Origin: the human T2T-CHM13v2.0 reference genome, Homo sapiens
Assembly: GCF_009914755.1 (NCBI RefSeq)
Contig: NC_060940.1
Strand: one strand, 5' to 3'
Length of the DNA: 64,000 nucleotides
Both the position numbers and the translations under genes were made by a program. Shown one piece after another: positions 13,191 to 27,161 of this stretch (position 1 is the stretch's first letter; each line of letters starts with the position of its first letter). The notes under the pieces are model-generated. The model was not told the DNA's origin, did not search any database, and was given only the letters and a program-made list of their open reading frames with translations.

Positions 13191-16100
13191 TCATTTGATG
13201 ATGATTCCTTTCAAGTTCATTAGATGATTCCATTCGATTCCATTTGATGATGATCCCATTCGAGTCCATTCAGTGATTCCACTCGTTTCCATTCCATGAT
13301 GATTCCATTCCATTCCATTCAATGATTCCATTCGATTCCGTTTGATGATGATTTCATTCGAGTCCATTTGATGATTCCATTTGATTCCATTCGATGATGA
13401 TTCCATTCGAGTCCATTCGATGATTCTATTCGAATCCATTTGATGATTTCTTTTGATTATAGTTGGTGATGATTCCATTGGAGTCCATTCAATGATTCCA
13501 TTTGATTCCAATCGATGGTGATTCCATTAGAGTCCATTTAATGATTCCATTTGATTCCAGTCTCTGATGATTACATTCGAGTCCATACGATGATTCCACT
13601 CAATTCCATATGATGATGATTCCATTCGATTCCATTCGATGATTCCATTCTATTCTATTCAATGGTGATTCCATTCGAGTACATTAGATGATTCCATTCG
13701 ATTCCAATGATGATTCTATTTGTGTCCCTTAGATTATTCCACATGATTCCATTAGATGATGATACTATTTGAGCCCATCCAATGATTCCCTTCGATTCCA
13801 TTCGATGAGGATTCCATTCGATTCAATTCATTGGTGATTCTATTCAATTCAATTCTTTGATTCCATTCCATTCCATTCGACAATGATTCCATTCGATTTC
13901 TTTCGATGATTCCACTCGATTCCACTTGACATTGATTCCCTTCGATTCCATTCAATGATTCCATTTGATTCCAGTGGATGATGATTGCCATCGATTCCAT
14001 TCGATCACTCCATTCTATTCCATTTGATGATGATTACATTCAATTCCATTTGACGATTCCATCTGATTCTATTCGAGGATTCCATTTGATTCCATTCGAT
14101 GATGATTCCATTCGAGTCCATTCGATGATTTCATTCGAGTACATCCAATGATTCCATTCGAGTCCATTTGATGATTCCATTTGATTCCATTTGATAATGA
14201 TTCTACTAGAGTCCATTCAATGACTCCATTCGAGTCCATTCAACAATTCCATTCGACTCCATTTGATGATTCCATTCGATTCCATTTGATGATTCCATTC
14301 GAGTCCATTTAATCATTACAGTCGAGTCCATTTGGTGATTCCACCGGATTTCTTTTGATAATGATACCATTCAATTACATTTGATGATGATCCCATTCAA
14401 TTTCATTTGATGATGATTCCATTAGAGTCCATTCGATGATTTCATTCGAGTCCCTTCACTGATTCCATCCGATTTCATTGGATGATGACTCCATTCGAGT
14501 CCATTTGATGATTCCACTCGATTCCATTAGATGATTCCATTGGAGTCCATTTGATTGTTCCATTCGATTCCATTCGATTCCTTTCGAAGATTATTCCATT
14601 TGAGTCCATTCGATGATGATTCCATTCCATTCCATTCGATGATTCCGTTTGATTCCATTCGATGATTCCCTTCGATTCCTTTCTTTGATGATTTCATTCC
14701 ATTCCATTCAATGATTCCATTCGAATCTATTCCATGATGATTCCTTTCGATTCCATTCGCTGATGTTTCCGTTCAATTCCATTCGATGATGATTCCATTC
14801 GATTCCATTCATTGAGGATTCCATTTGATTCCATTCAATGATGATTCCGTTCTATTCCATTCAATGATTGCATTCAATTCCATTCAATGATTATCCCATT
14901 AGAGTAAACTCAACGATTCCATTCAATACCATTCGATGATGATTCCTTTTGAGTCCATTCAATGATTTCATTCAAGTCCATTTGATGATTCCTTTCAATT
15001 CCATTCTATGATGATTCCATTCGAGTCCATTCGATGATTCCATTCGATTGCATTCGATTATTCCATTATATTCCAGTCAATGATGATTCCATTCGAGTCC
15101 ATTCGATGATTCCATTAGAGTACATTTAATGATTGCTTTGTTTTCAATTCGAAGATGATTACATTGGATTCCATTCTATGATACCATTCGATTCCATTCA
15201 ATGATGATTCCACTCAAATCCATTGGATGATTCCATTCGTGTCCATTCGGTGATTTCATTAGATTCCATTCGAGGATGATTCCATTTGATTCCATTCGAT
15301 GATTCCATTCAATTCCATTCGATGAAGATTCCATTCCATTCCATATGATCATTCCATTTGATTTCATTCGATGATGATTCCATTCGATTCCATTCGATGA
15401 TTCCATTCTATTCCATTCGATGATGATTCCATTGGAGTCCATTCGATGATTGCATTCGAGTCCATTTAATGATTCCATTGGGTTCAATTCAATGATGATT
15501 ACATTGGATTCCGTTCTATTATTCCATTCAATTCCGTTCATTGACAATTTGATTCCATTCGATGATGATTCCGTTTGAGTTCATTCGATGATTCTATTCG
15601 ATTCTCTTCGATGGTGATTCAATTCTATTATATTGGATGATTCCATTCGATTCCATTTGATGTTGATTCAATTCGATTCTATTCGATGATGATTCCATTG
15701 GATTTCACTTGATGATTCTATTCGATTCCATTCAATGATGATTCACTTCTCGTCCATTGGATGATTCCATTTCATTCCATTCGATGATGATTCCATTCGA
15801 TTCCATTCGATGATTCCATTTGATTCCATGCGACGGTGAGCAACTCGATTCAATTCCATGATGATTCTATTTGATTCAATTAGATGATGTTTCCATTCGA
15901 ATCCATTCCATGATTATTCCATTGGAATCCATTTGGTGATGATTCCATATGAGTCAATTCAATGATGATTCCATATCGGTCCGTTCGATGATAATTCCAT
16001 TTGATTTCATTCGATGCTTCTATTCCAGTCGATGATGATTCCGTTGGAGTCCATACGATGATTCCATTTGATTTCATTTGATGATGATTCCATTCGATGA

Positions 16101-19100
16101 TGATTACATTGGATTCCATTCTATGATTCCATTCAATTCCATTCGTTGATGATTCGATTCCATTCAATGATGATTCCATTTGAGTTCATTCGATGATTCT
16201 ATTCGATTCCGTTCGGTGGTGATTCAATTCTCTTATATTGGATGAATCCACTCGATTCCATTTGATGATTATTCCATTGGAGTCCACTTAGTGAATCCTT
16301 TAGATTCTACCTAAGATGATTCCATTCGAGTCCATTCAATGATACCATTCAATTTCATTCGTTGATGCTTCCATTCAAGTGCATTCGATGATATCATTCG
16401 ATTCCATTTGATGATAATTCCATTTGATTCCATGCGATGATTCTATTCGATTCCATTCCATGATAATTCCATTCAATTCAGTGATTCCTCTGAACTCCAT
16501 TTGATGATGATTCCATTCAATGATTCCATTCGATTCTATTCCAAAATGATTCCATTTGAATCCATTTGATGATGATTCCATTAGATTCCATTTGATGATT
16601 CCATTCGATTCCATTTGACGATGATTCCATTCGATTCCATTTGATGATTCCATTCTATTCTATTCGATGATGATTCCATTCGATTCCATTTGATGATGAT
16701 TGGATTCGATTCCATTTGATGATTTCATTTGATTCCATTCGTTAATGATTTCGATCAACTCCATTCGATGATTCAATTTGATTCCATTCGATAATGATTA
16801 CATCCGAGTCCATTCGATGATTCCATTTGAGCCCGTTCGATAATTCCATTTGAGTCCAATCAATGATTCCATTCATTTCCATTCAATGATTCCATTCGAG
16901 TCCATTTGATCATTCTGGTAGGGTCCGTTCGATGTTGATTCCATTGGAGTGCATTCGATGATTCCATTCGAGTCCATTTTATGATTTGATTCGAGTCCTT
17001 TCGATGATTCCATTCGATTCCACTCGATGATGATTTCATTCGAGTCCATTCGACACTTCCAATCGATTCCATTTGATGTTTCCATTCGAGTCCAATTGAT
17101 GATTCCATTCAATTCCATTCGATGATGATTCCGTACGATTCCATTCTGTGATGATTCCATGTGATTGCATTCAATGATGATTCCTTTCGATTGCATTCGA
17201 TTATGATTCATTTCGTGTTCATTCTATGGTTCCACAGGTTTCCATTCGATGACGTTTCCGTTCGTGTCCATTCCATTATTCCATTCTATTTCATTTGATG
17301 ATGATTCCATTCGATTCCATTCATTGGTGATTCCACTCAATTCCATTCAATGATTCCATTCCATTTCTTTCAACAATGATTCCATTAGTTTCTATTCGAT
17401 GATCCACTTGATTCCATTTGGCGATGATTCCATTCGTGTCCATTCGATGATTCCATTTGATTCCATATGATGATGATTCCATTCGATTCCATACCATGAT
17501 GATTCCATTCGAGTCCATTCAATGGTGATTCCATTCAATTCCATTCGATGATTCCTTCCGATTCCATTCGATGATGATGGCATTCGATTCCTTTCAATCA
17601 TTCCCTTTGATTCCATTCAAAGGTGATTTCATTCAAGTCCATTCGATAATTGCATTCGATTCCATTCTATGATGATTCCATTCGAGTCCATTTGATGATT
17701 CCATTCAATTCAAGTCAATGATGATTCCATTCGATTCCACTCGATGATTCCATTGGATTCCATTCGATGATGATTCCATTCAAATCCATTCGATAATTCA
17801 ATTCAAGTCCATTCGATGATGATTCCAATCGAATCCATTCAAAGATTCCATTCAATTCCATTCGATGATGATTCCCTTAGATTCCATTCGATGATTCCAC
17901 TTGATTCCATTTACGATGATTCCATTCGATTCCATGTGATGAATCCATTCAATTCTATTCAATGATGTTTCCATTTGATTCCATTGGACCATGATTGCCT
18001 TTGATTCCATTCAATGATTCCATTCGGTTCCATTTGATGATGATTCCGTTCGATTCCATTTGATGATTCCATTTGATTCCATTGGATGAGTCCATTCGAT
18101 TACATTCGATGATTATTCCATTCGAGTGCATTAGATGATTGCATTCGAGTCCATTCGATGATTCCATTCGATTCCATTCGATGTTGATTCTGTTCAAATC
18201 CATTCGATGATTCCACTCGATTCCATTCGATGACTCCATTTGATCCCATTCGATGATTTCCTGTGATTCCCTTTGATGATCATTCTATTTGATTCAATTC
18301 GGTGATTTCATTTCATTCCATTCAGTGATGTTTCCATTCGACTGTATTCGATGATGATTCCATTCGACTCCATTCGATTATGATTTCATTCAATTCCATT
18401 CAATAATGATTCCCTTCGAGTCCATTCGATGATTCCATTCGATTCCATTCAACGATGATTTGATTCGTTTCCATTCGATGATTCCATTTGATTCCACTTG
18501 ATGATGATTCCATTCGAGTCTATTTATGTATTATATTCGTGTCCACTTCATGATTCCATTCAATTCCATTTAATGTTGATTCCATTTGATTCCATTTGAT
18601 GATTCAGTTCGATTCCTTGCAATGATTCCCTACGATTCCTTTCTCTGATGATTCCATTAGATTCCATTCATTGATGATTTCATTCGACTCCATTCGATGA
18701 TGATTCCTTTCGATTCCATTCGATGATGATTGGATTCGATTCCATTTGATTCCATTCGATAATGATTTCGATCAATTCCATTCGATGATTCCATTCGATT
18801 CCATTCGATAATGATTACATCCGAGTCCATTCGATGATTCCATTTGAGCCCGTTCGATAATTCCATTTGAGTCCAATCAATGATTCCATTCATTTCCATT
18901 CAATGATTCCATTCGAGTCCATTTGATCATTCCGGTAGGGTCCGTTCGATGTTGATTCCATTGGAGTGCATTCGATGATTCCATTCGAGTCCATTTTAGG
19001 ATTTGATTCGAGTCCTTTCGATGATTCCATTCGATTCCACTCGATGATTTCATTCGAGTCCATTCGACACTTCCAATCGATTCCATTTGATGTTTCCATT

Positions 19101-21230
19101 CGATTCCAATTGATGATTCCATTCAATTCCATTCGATGATGATTCCGTACGATTCCATTCTGTGATGATTCCATGTGATTGCAATCAATGATGATTCCTT
19201 TCGATTGTATTCGATTATGATTCATTTCGTGTTCATTCTATGGTTCCACAGGTTTCCATTCGATGATGTTTCCATTCGTTTCCATTCCATTATTAGATTC
19301 TATTCCATTTGAAGATGATTCCATTCGATTCCATTCATTGGTGATTCCACTCAATTCCATTCAATGATTCCATTCCATTTCTTTCAACAATGATTCCATT
19401 AGTTTCTAATCGATGATCCACTTGATTCCATTTGACGATGATTCCATTCTTGTCTTTTCGATGATTCCATTTGATTCCATATGATGATGATTCCATTCGA
19501 TTCCATACGATGATGATTCCATTCGAGTCCATTCAATGGTGATTCCATTCAATTCCATTCGATGATTCCTTTCGATTCCATTCAATGATGATGGCATTCG
19601 ATTCCTTTCGATCATTCCCTTTGATTCCATTCAAATGTGATTTCATTCAAGTCCATTCGATAATTGCATTCGATTCCATTCTATGATGATTCCATTCGAG
19701 TCCATTTGATGATTCCATTCAATTCAAGTCAATGATGATTCCATTCGATTCCACTCGATGATTCCATTGGATTCCATTCGATGATGATTCCATTCAAATC
19801 CATTCGATAATTCAATTCAAGTCCATTCGATGATGATTCCAATCGAATCCATTCAAAGATTCCACTCAATTCCATTCGATGATGATTCCCTTAGATTCCA
19901 TTCGATGATTCCACTTGATTCCATTTACGATGATTCCATTCGATTCCATGTGATGATTCCATTCAATTCTATTCAATGATGTTTCCACTTGATTCCATTC
20001 GAACATGATTGCCTTTGATTCCATTCAATGATTCCATACGGTTCCATTTGATGATGATTCCATTCGAGTGCATTAGATGATTCCATTCGAGTCCATTCGA
20101 TGATTCCATTCGATTCCATTCGATGTTGATTCTGTTCAAATCCATTCGATGATTCCACTCGATTCCATTCGATGACTCCATTTGATCCCATTCGATGATT
20201 TCCTTTGATTCCCTTTGATGATCATTCCATTTGATTCAATTCGGTGATTTCATTTGATTCCATTCAGTGATGTTTCCATTCAACTCCTTTCGATGATGAT
20301 TCCATTCGACTCCATTCGATTATGATTTCATTCAATTCCATTCGATAATGATTCCCTTCAAGTCCATTCGATGATTCCATTCGATTCCATTCAACGATGA
20401 TTTGATTCGTGTCCATTCGATGATTCCATTTGATTCCATTTGATGATGATTCCATTCGAGTCCCTTTCATGATTCCATTCAATTCCATTCTCCGATGATT
20501 TCTTTTGAGCCCATTCAATGCTTCCACTCGATTCCATATGATGATGACTCCATTTGATGAAATTCCATGATGATTCCATTCGCTTGCATTCGATGATGAT
20601 TCCACTTGAGTCCGTTAGAAGATTCTATTCAATTACATTCCATGACGATTCTGTTCGAGTCCATTTGATGATTCCATTAGACTCCATTCGACGATGATTC
20701 CATTCGATGTTATTCGATGATGATTCCATTCAACTCCATTCGATGTTTCCATTCGAGTTCATTCTATTATTCCATTAGATTCCATTCGATGATGATTCCA
20801 TTCGATTCCATTTGATGATTGCATTCTATTTCATTTGATGATGATTCCATTCGAGTCCATTCGATGATTCCATTCGAGTCCATTTAATGAATCCATTGGT
20901 TTCAATTCTATGATGATTACATTGGATTCCATACGTTGATGACTTCATTCGATTCCATTCAATGATGATTCCATTCAATTCCATTCAATGATTCCATTCA
21001 ATTCCATACGATGATGATTCCATTTGATTTGATTCGACAGTGAGCCATTCGATTCAATTCCATGATGATTCTATTTGATTCAATTGGTTGACATTTCCAT
21101 TCGATTCCATTCGATGATGATTACATTTGATTCCATTCAAAGATGATTCCATTCTAGCCCATTCAATCATTCCATTCGATTCTATTCAATGATGATTCCA
21201 TTCATGTCGATTTGGTGATTCCATTTGACT
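13191..21230 (+). repeat. Unit 3, 8,040 bp: expanded unit with an internal repeat at ~2,017-bp spacing and a unique ~170-bp segment
   Basis: The landmarks 'gtagggtccgttcg' and 'ggttccacaggtttcc' each occur twice (ORF landmarks 16873 and 18890). Small indels -4, -5, -1, +16, +3, -13, -3, +16, +3, -72 and -23 account for the length. Confidence 0.88.
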
Positions 21231-24200
21231 TCATTTGATGATGATTCCTTTCAAGTTCATTAGAAAATTCCATTCGATTCCATTTGATGATGATCCCATT
21301 CGAGTCCATTCAGTGATTCCACTCGTTTCCATTCCATGATGATTCCATTCCATTCCATTCAATGATTCCATTCGATTCCGTTTGATGATGATTTCATTCG
21401 AGTCCATTTGATGATTCCATTTGATTCCATTCGATGATGATTACATTCGAGTCCATACGATGATTCCACTCAATTCCATATGATGATGATTCCATTCGAT
21501 TCCATTCGATGATTCCATTCTATTCTATTCAATGGTGATTCCATTCGAGTACATTAGATGATTCCATTCGATTCCATTCAATGATGATTCTATTTGTGTC
21601 CCTTAGATGGTTCCACATGATTCCATTTCATGATGATATTATTTGAGCCCATCCAATGATTCCCTTCGATTCTATTCGATGAGGATTCCATTCGATTCAA
21701 TTCATTGGTGATTCTATTCAATTCAATTCTTTGATTCCATTCCATTCCATTCGACAATGATTCCATTCGATTTCTTTCGATGATTCCACTCGATTCCACT
21801 TGACATTGATTCCATTCGATTCCATTCAATGATTCCGTTTGATTCCAGTGGATGATGATTGCCATCGATTCCATTCGATCACTCCATTCTATTCCATTTG
21901 ATGATGATTACATTCGATTCCATTTGATGATTCCATCTGATTCTATTCGAGGATTCCATTTGATTCCATTCGATGATGATTCCATTCGAGTGCATTCGAT
22001 GATTTCATTCGAGTACATCCAATGATTCCATTCGAGTCCATTTGATGATTCCATTTAATTCCATTTGATTATGATTCTACTAGAGTCCATTCAATGACTC
22101 CATTCGAGTCCATTCAACAATTCCATTCGAGGCCATTCGATGATTCCATTTCATGATTCCATTCGAGTCCATTTAATCATTACAGTCGAGTCCATTTGGT
22201 GATTCCACTGGATTTCTTTTGATAATGATACCATTCAATTACATTTGATGATGATCCCATTCAATTTCATTTGATGGTGATTCCATTAGAGTCCATTCGA
22301 TGATTTCATTCGAGTCCCTTCATTGATTCCATCCGATTTCATTTGATGATGACTCCATTCGAGTCCATTCGATGATTCCACTCGATTCCTTTAGATGATT
22401 TCATTGGAGTCCATTTGATTGTTCCATTCGATTCTATTCGATTCCTTTCGAAGATTATTCCGTTTGAGTCCATTCGATGATGATTCCATTCCATTCCATT
22501 CGATGATTCCGTTTGATTCCATTCGATGATTCCCTTCGATTCCTTTCTTTGATGATTCCATTCCATTCCATTCAATGATTCCATTCGAATCTATTCCATG
22601 ATGATTCCTTTCGATTCCATTCGCTGATGTTTCCGTTCAATTCCATTCGATGATGATTCCATTCGATTCCATTCATTGAGGATTCCATTTGATTCCATTC
22701 AATGATGATTCCATTCTATTCCATTCAATGATTGCATTCAATTCCATTCAATGATTATCCCATTAGAGTAAACTCAACGATTCCATTCAATACCATTCGA
22801 TGATGATTCCTTTTGAGTCCATTCAATGATTTCATTCAAGTCCATTTGATGATTCCTTTCAATTCCATTCTATGATGATTCCATTCGAGTCCATTCGATG
22901 ATTCCATTCGATTGCATTCGATGATTCCATTATATTCCATTCAACAATGATTCCATTCGAGTCCATTCCATGATTCCATTAGAGTACATTTAATGATTGC
23001 TTTGTTTTCAATTCGAAGATGATTACATTGGATTCCATTCTATGATACCATTCGATTCCATTCAATGATGATTCCACTCAAATCCATTGGATGATTCCAT
23101 TCGTGTCCATTCGGTGATTTCATTAGATTCCATTCGAGGATGATTCCATTCGATTCCATTCGATGATTCCATTCAATTCCATTCGATGATGATTCCATTC
23201 CAGTCCATATGATCATTCCATTTGATTTCATTCGATGATGATTCCATTCGATTCCATTCGATGATTCCATTCTATTCCATTCGATGATGATTCCATTCGA
23301 GTCCATTCGATGATTCCATTCGAGTCCATTTAATGATTCCATTGGGTTCAATTCAATGATGATTACATTGGATTCCGTTCTATGATTCCATTCAATTCCG
23401 TTCATTGACAATTTGATTCCATTCGATGATGATTCCATTTGAGTTCATTCGATGATTCTATTCGATTCTCTTCGATGGTGATTCAATTCTATTATATTGG
23501 ATGATTCCATTCGATTCCATTTGATGTTGATTCAATTCGATTCTATTCGATGATGATTCCATTGGATTTCACTTGATGATTCTATTCGATTCCATTCAAT
23601 GATGATTCACTTCTCGTCCATTGGATGATTCCATTTCATTCCATTCGATGATGATTCCATTCGATTCCATTCGATGATTCCATTTGATTCCATGCGACGG
23701 TGAGCAATTCGATTCAATTCCATGATGATTCTATTTGATTCAATTAGATGATGTTTCCATTCGAATCCATTCCATGATTATTCCATTGGAATCCATTCGG
23801 CGATGATTCCATATGAGTCAATTCAATGATGATTCCATATGGGTCCGTTCGATGATAATTCCATTTGATTTCATTCGATGCTTCTATTCAATTCCAGTCG
23901 ATGATGATTCCGTTGGAGTCCATACGATGATTCCATTTGATTTCATTTGATGATGATTCCATTCGATGACGATTACATTGGATTCCATTCTATGATTCCA
24001 TTCAATTCCATTCGTTGATGATTCGATTCCATTCAATGATGATTCCATTTGAGTTCATTCGATGATTCTATTCGATTCCGTTCGATGGTGATTCAATTCT
24101 CTTATATTGGATGATTCCACTCGATTCCATTTGATGATAATTCCATTGGAGTCCACTTAGTGAATCCTTTAGATTCTACTCGAAGATGATTCCATTCGAG

Positions 24201-27161
24201 TCCATTCGATGATACCATTCAATTCCATTCGTTGATGCTTCCATTCAAGTGCATTCGATGATATCATTCGGTTCCATTTGATGATAATTCCATTTGATTC
24301 CATGCGATGATTCTATTCGATTCCATTCAATGATAATTCCATTCAATTCAGTGATTCCTCTGGACTCCATTTGATGATGATTCCATTCAATGATTCCATT
24401 CGATTCTATTCCAAAATGATTCCATTTGAATCCATTTGATGATGATTCCATTAGATTCCATTTGATGATTCCATTCGATTCCATTTGACGATGATTCCAT
24501 TCGATTTCATTTGATGATTCCATTCTATTCTATTCGATGATGATTCCATTCGATTCCATTCGATGATGATTGGATTCGATTCCATTTGATGATTTCATTT
24601 GATTCCATTCGTTAATGATTTCGATCAATTCCATTCGATGATTCCATTCGATTCGATTCGATAATGATTACATCCGAGTCCATTCGATGATTCCATTTGA
24701 GCCTGTTCGATAATTCCATTTGAGTCCAACCAATGATTCCATTCATTTCCATTCAATGATTCCGTTCGAGTCCATTTGATCATTCCGGTATTGTCCATTC
24801 GATGTTGATTCCATTGGAGTGCATTCGATGATTCCATTCGAGTCCATTTTATGATTTGATTCGAGTCCTTTCGATGATTCCATTCGATTCCACTCGATGA
24901 TGATTTCATTCGAGTCCATTCGACACTTCCAATCGATTCCATTTGATGTTTCCATTCGAGTCCAATTGATGATTCCATTCAATTCCATTCGATGATGATT
25001 CCGTACGATTCCATTCTGTGATGATTCCATGTGATTGCATTCAATGATGATTCCTTTCGATTGCATTCGATTATGATTCATTTCGTGTTCATTCTATGGT
25101 TCCACAGGTTTCCATTCGTGTCCATTCCATTATTCCATTCTATTCCATTTGATGATGATTCCATTCGATTCCATTCATTGGTGATTCCACTCAATTCCAT
25201 TCAATGATTCCATTCCATTTCTTTCAACAATGATTCCATTAGTTTCTAATCGATGATCCACTTAATTCCATTTGACGACGATTCCATTCTTGTCCATTCG
25301 ATGATTCCATTTGATTGCATATGATGATGATTCCATTCGATTCCATACGATGATGATTCCATTCGAGTCCATTCAATGGTGATTCCATTCAATTCCATTC
25401 GATGATTCCTTTCGATTCCATTCGATGATGATGGCATTCGATTCTTTCAATCATTCCCTTTGATTCCATTCAAAGGTGATTTCATTCAAGTCCATTCGAT
25501 AATTGCATTCGATTCCATTCTATGATGATTCCATTCGAGTCCATTTGATGATTCCATTCAATTCAAGTCAATGATGATTCCATTCGATTCCATTCGATGA
25601 TTCCATTGGATTCCATTCGATGATGATTCCATTCAAATCCATTCGATAATTCAATTCAAGTCCATTCGATGATGATTAAAATCGAATCCATTCAAAGATT
25701 CCATTCAGTTCCATTCGATGATTCCCTTAGATTCCATTCGATGATTCCACTTGATTCCATTTACGATGATTCCATTCGATTCCATGTGATGATTCCATTC
25801 AATTCTATTCAATGCTGTTTCCATTTGATTCCATTCGACCATGATTGCCTTTGATTCCATTCAATGACTCCATTCGGTTCCTTTTGATGATGATTCCGTT
25901 CGATTCCATTTCATTATTCCATTTGATTCCATTGGATGAGTCCATTCGATTACATTCGATGATTATTCCATTCGAGTGCATTAGATGATTCCATTCGAGT
26001 CCATTCGATGATTCCATTCGATTCCATTCGATGTTGATTCTGTTCAAATCCATTCGATGATTCCACTCGATTCCATTCGATGACTCCAGTTGATCCCATT
26101 CGATGATTTCCTTTGATTCCCTTTGATGATCATTCCATTTGATTCAATTCGGTGATTTCATTTGATTCCATTCAGTGATGTTTCCATTCGACTCCATTCG
26201 ATGATGATTCCATTCGACTCCATTCGATTATGATTTCATTCAATTCCATTCGATAATGATTCCCTTCGAGTCCATTCGATGATTCCATTCGATTCCATTC
26301 AACGATGATTTGATTCGTGTCCATTCGATGATTCCATTTGATTCCACTTGATGATGATTCCATTCGAGTCCATTTGATGATTCCATTCAATTCCATTCTC
26401 CGATGATTTCTTTTGAGCCCACTCAATGCTTCCACTCGATTCCATATGATGATGACTCCATTCGATGAAATTCGATGATGATTCCATTCGCTTGCATTCG
26501 ATGATGATTCCACTTGAGTCCCTTAGAAGATTCTATTCAATTACATTCCATGACGATTCCGTTCGAGTCCAATTGATGATTCCATTAGACTCCATTTGAC
26601 GATGATTCCATTCGATGTTATTCGATGATTCCATTCGATCTCATTCGATGATGATTCCATTCAACTCCATTCGATGTTTCCATTCGAGTTCATTCTATTA
26701 TTCCATTAGATTCCATTCGATGATGATTCCATTCGATTCCATTTGATGATTGCATTCTATTTCATTTGATGATGATTCCATTCGAGTCCACTCGATGATT
26801 CCATTCGAGTCCATTTAATGAATCCATTGGTTTCAATTCTATGATGATTACATTGGATTCCATTCGTTGATGATTTCATTCGGTTCCATTCAATGATGAT
26901 TCCATTCAATTCCTTTCAATGTTTCCATTCAATTCCATACGATGATGATTCCATTTGATTTGATTCGACAGTGAGCCATTCGATTCAATTCCATGATGAT
27001 TCTATTTGATTCCATTGGTTGACATTTCCATTCGATTCCATTCGATGATGATTCCCTTTGATTCCATTCAAAGATGATTCCATTCTAGCCCATTCAATCA
27101 TTCCATTCGATTCTATTCAATGATGATTCCATTCATGTCGATTTGGTGATTCCATTTGACT
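21231..27161 (+). repeat. Unit 4, 5,931 bp (deletions of 170, 10 and 1 bp)
   Basis: Offsets shift by -170 (~21440), -10 (~22150) and -1 (~25444). 6112-181=5931. Confidence 0.88.

Noticed and set aside
18521-18545. AT-rich 'tatttatgtattatattcg' as a transposon end, poly(A) tail or promoter
   Set aside because: It is too short, has no target-site duplication or Alu/L1 similarity, and can be read as a heavily mutated satellite monomer.
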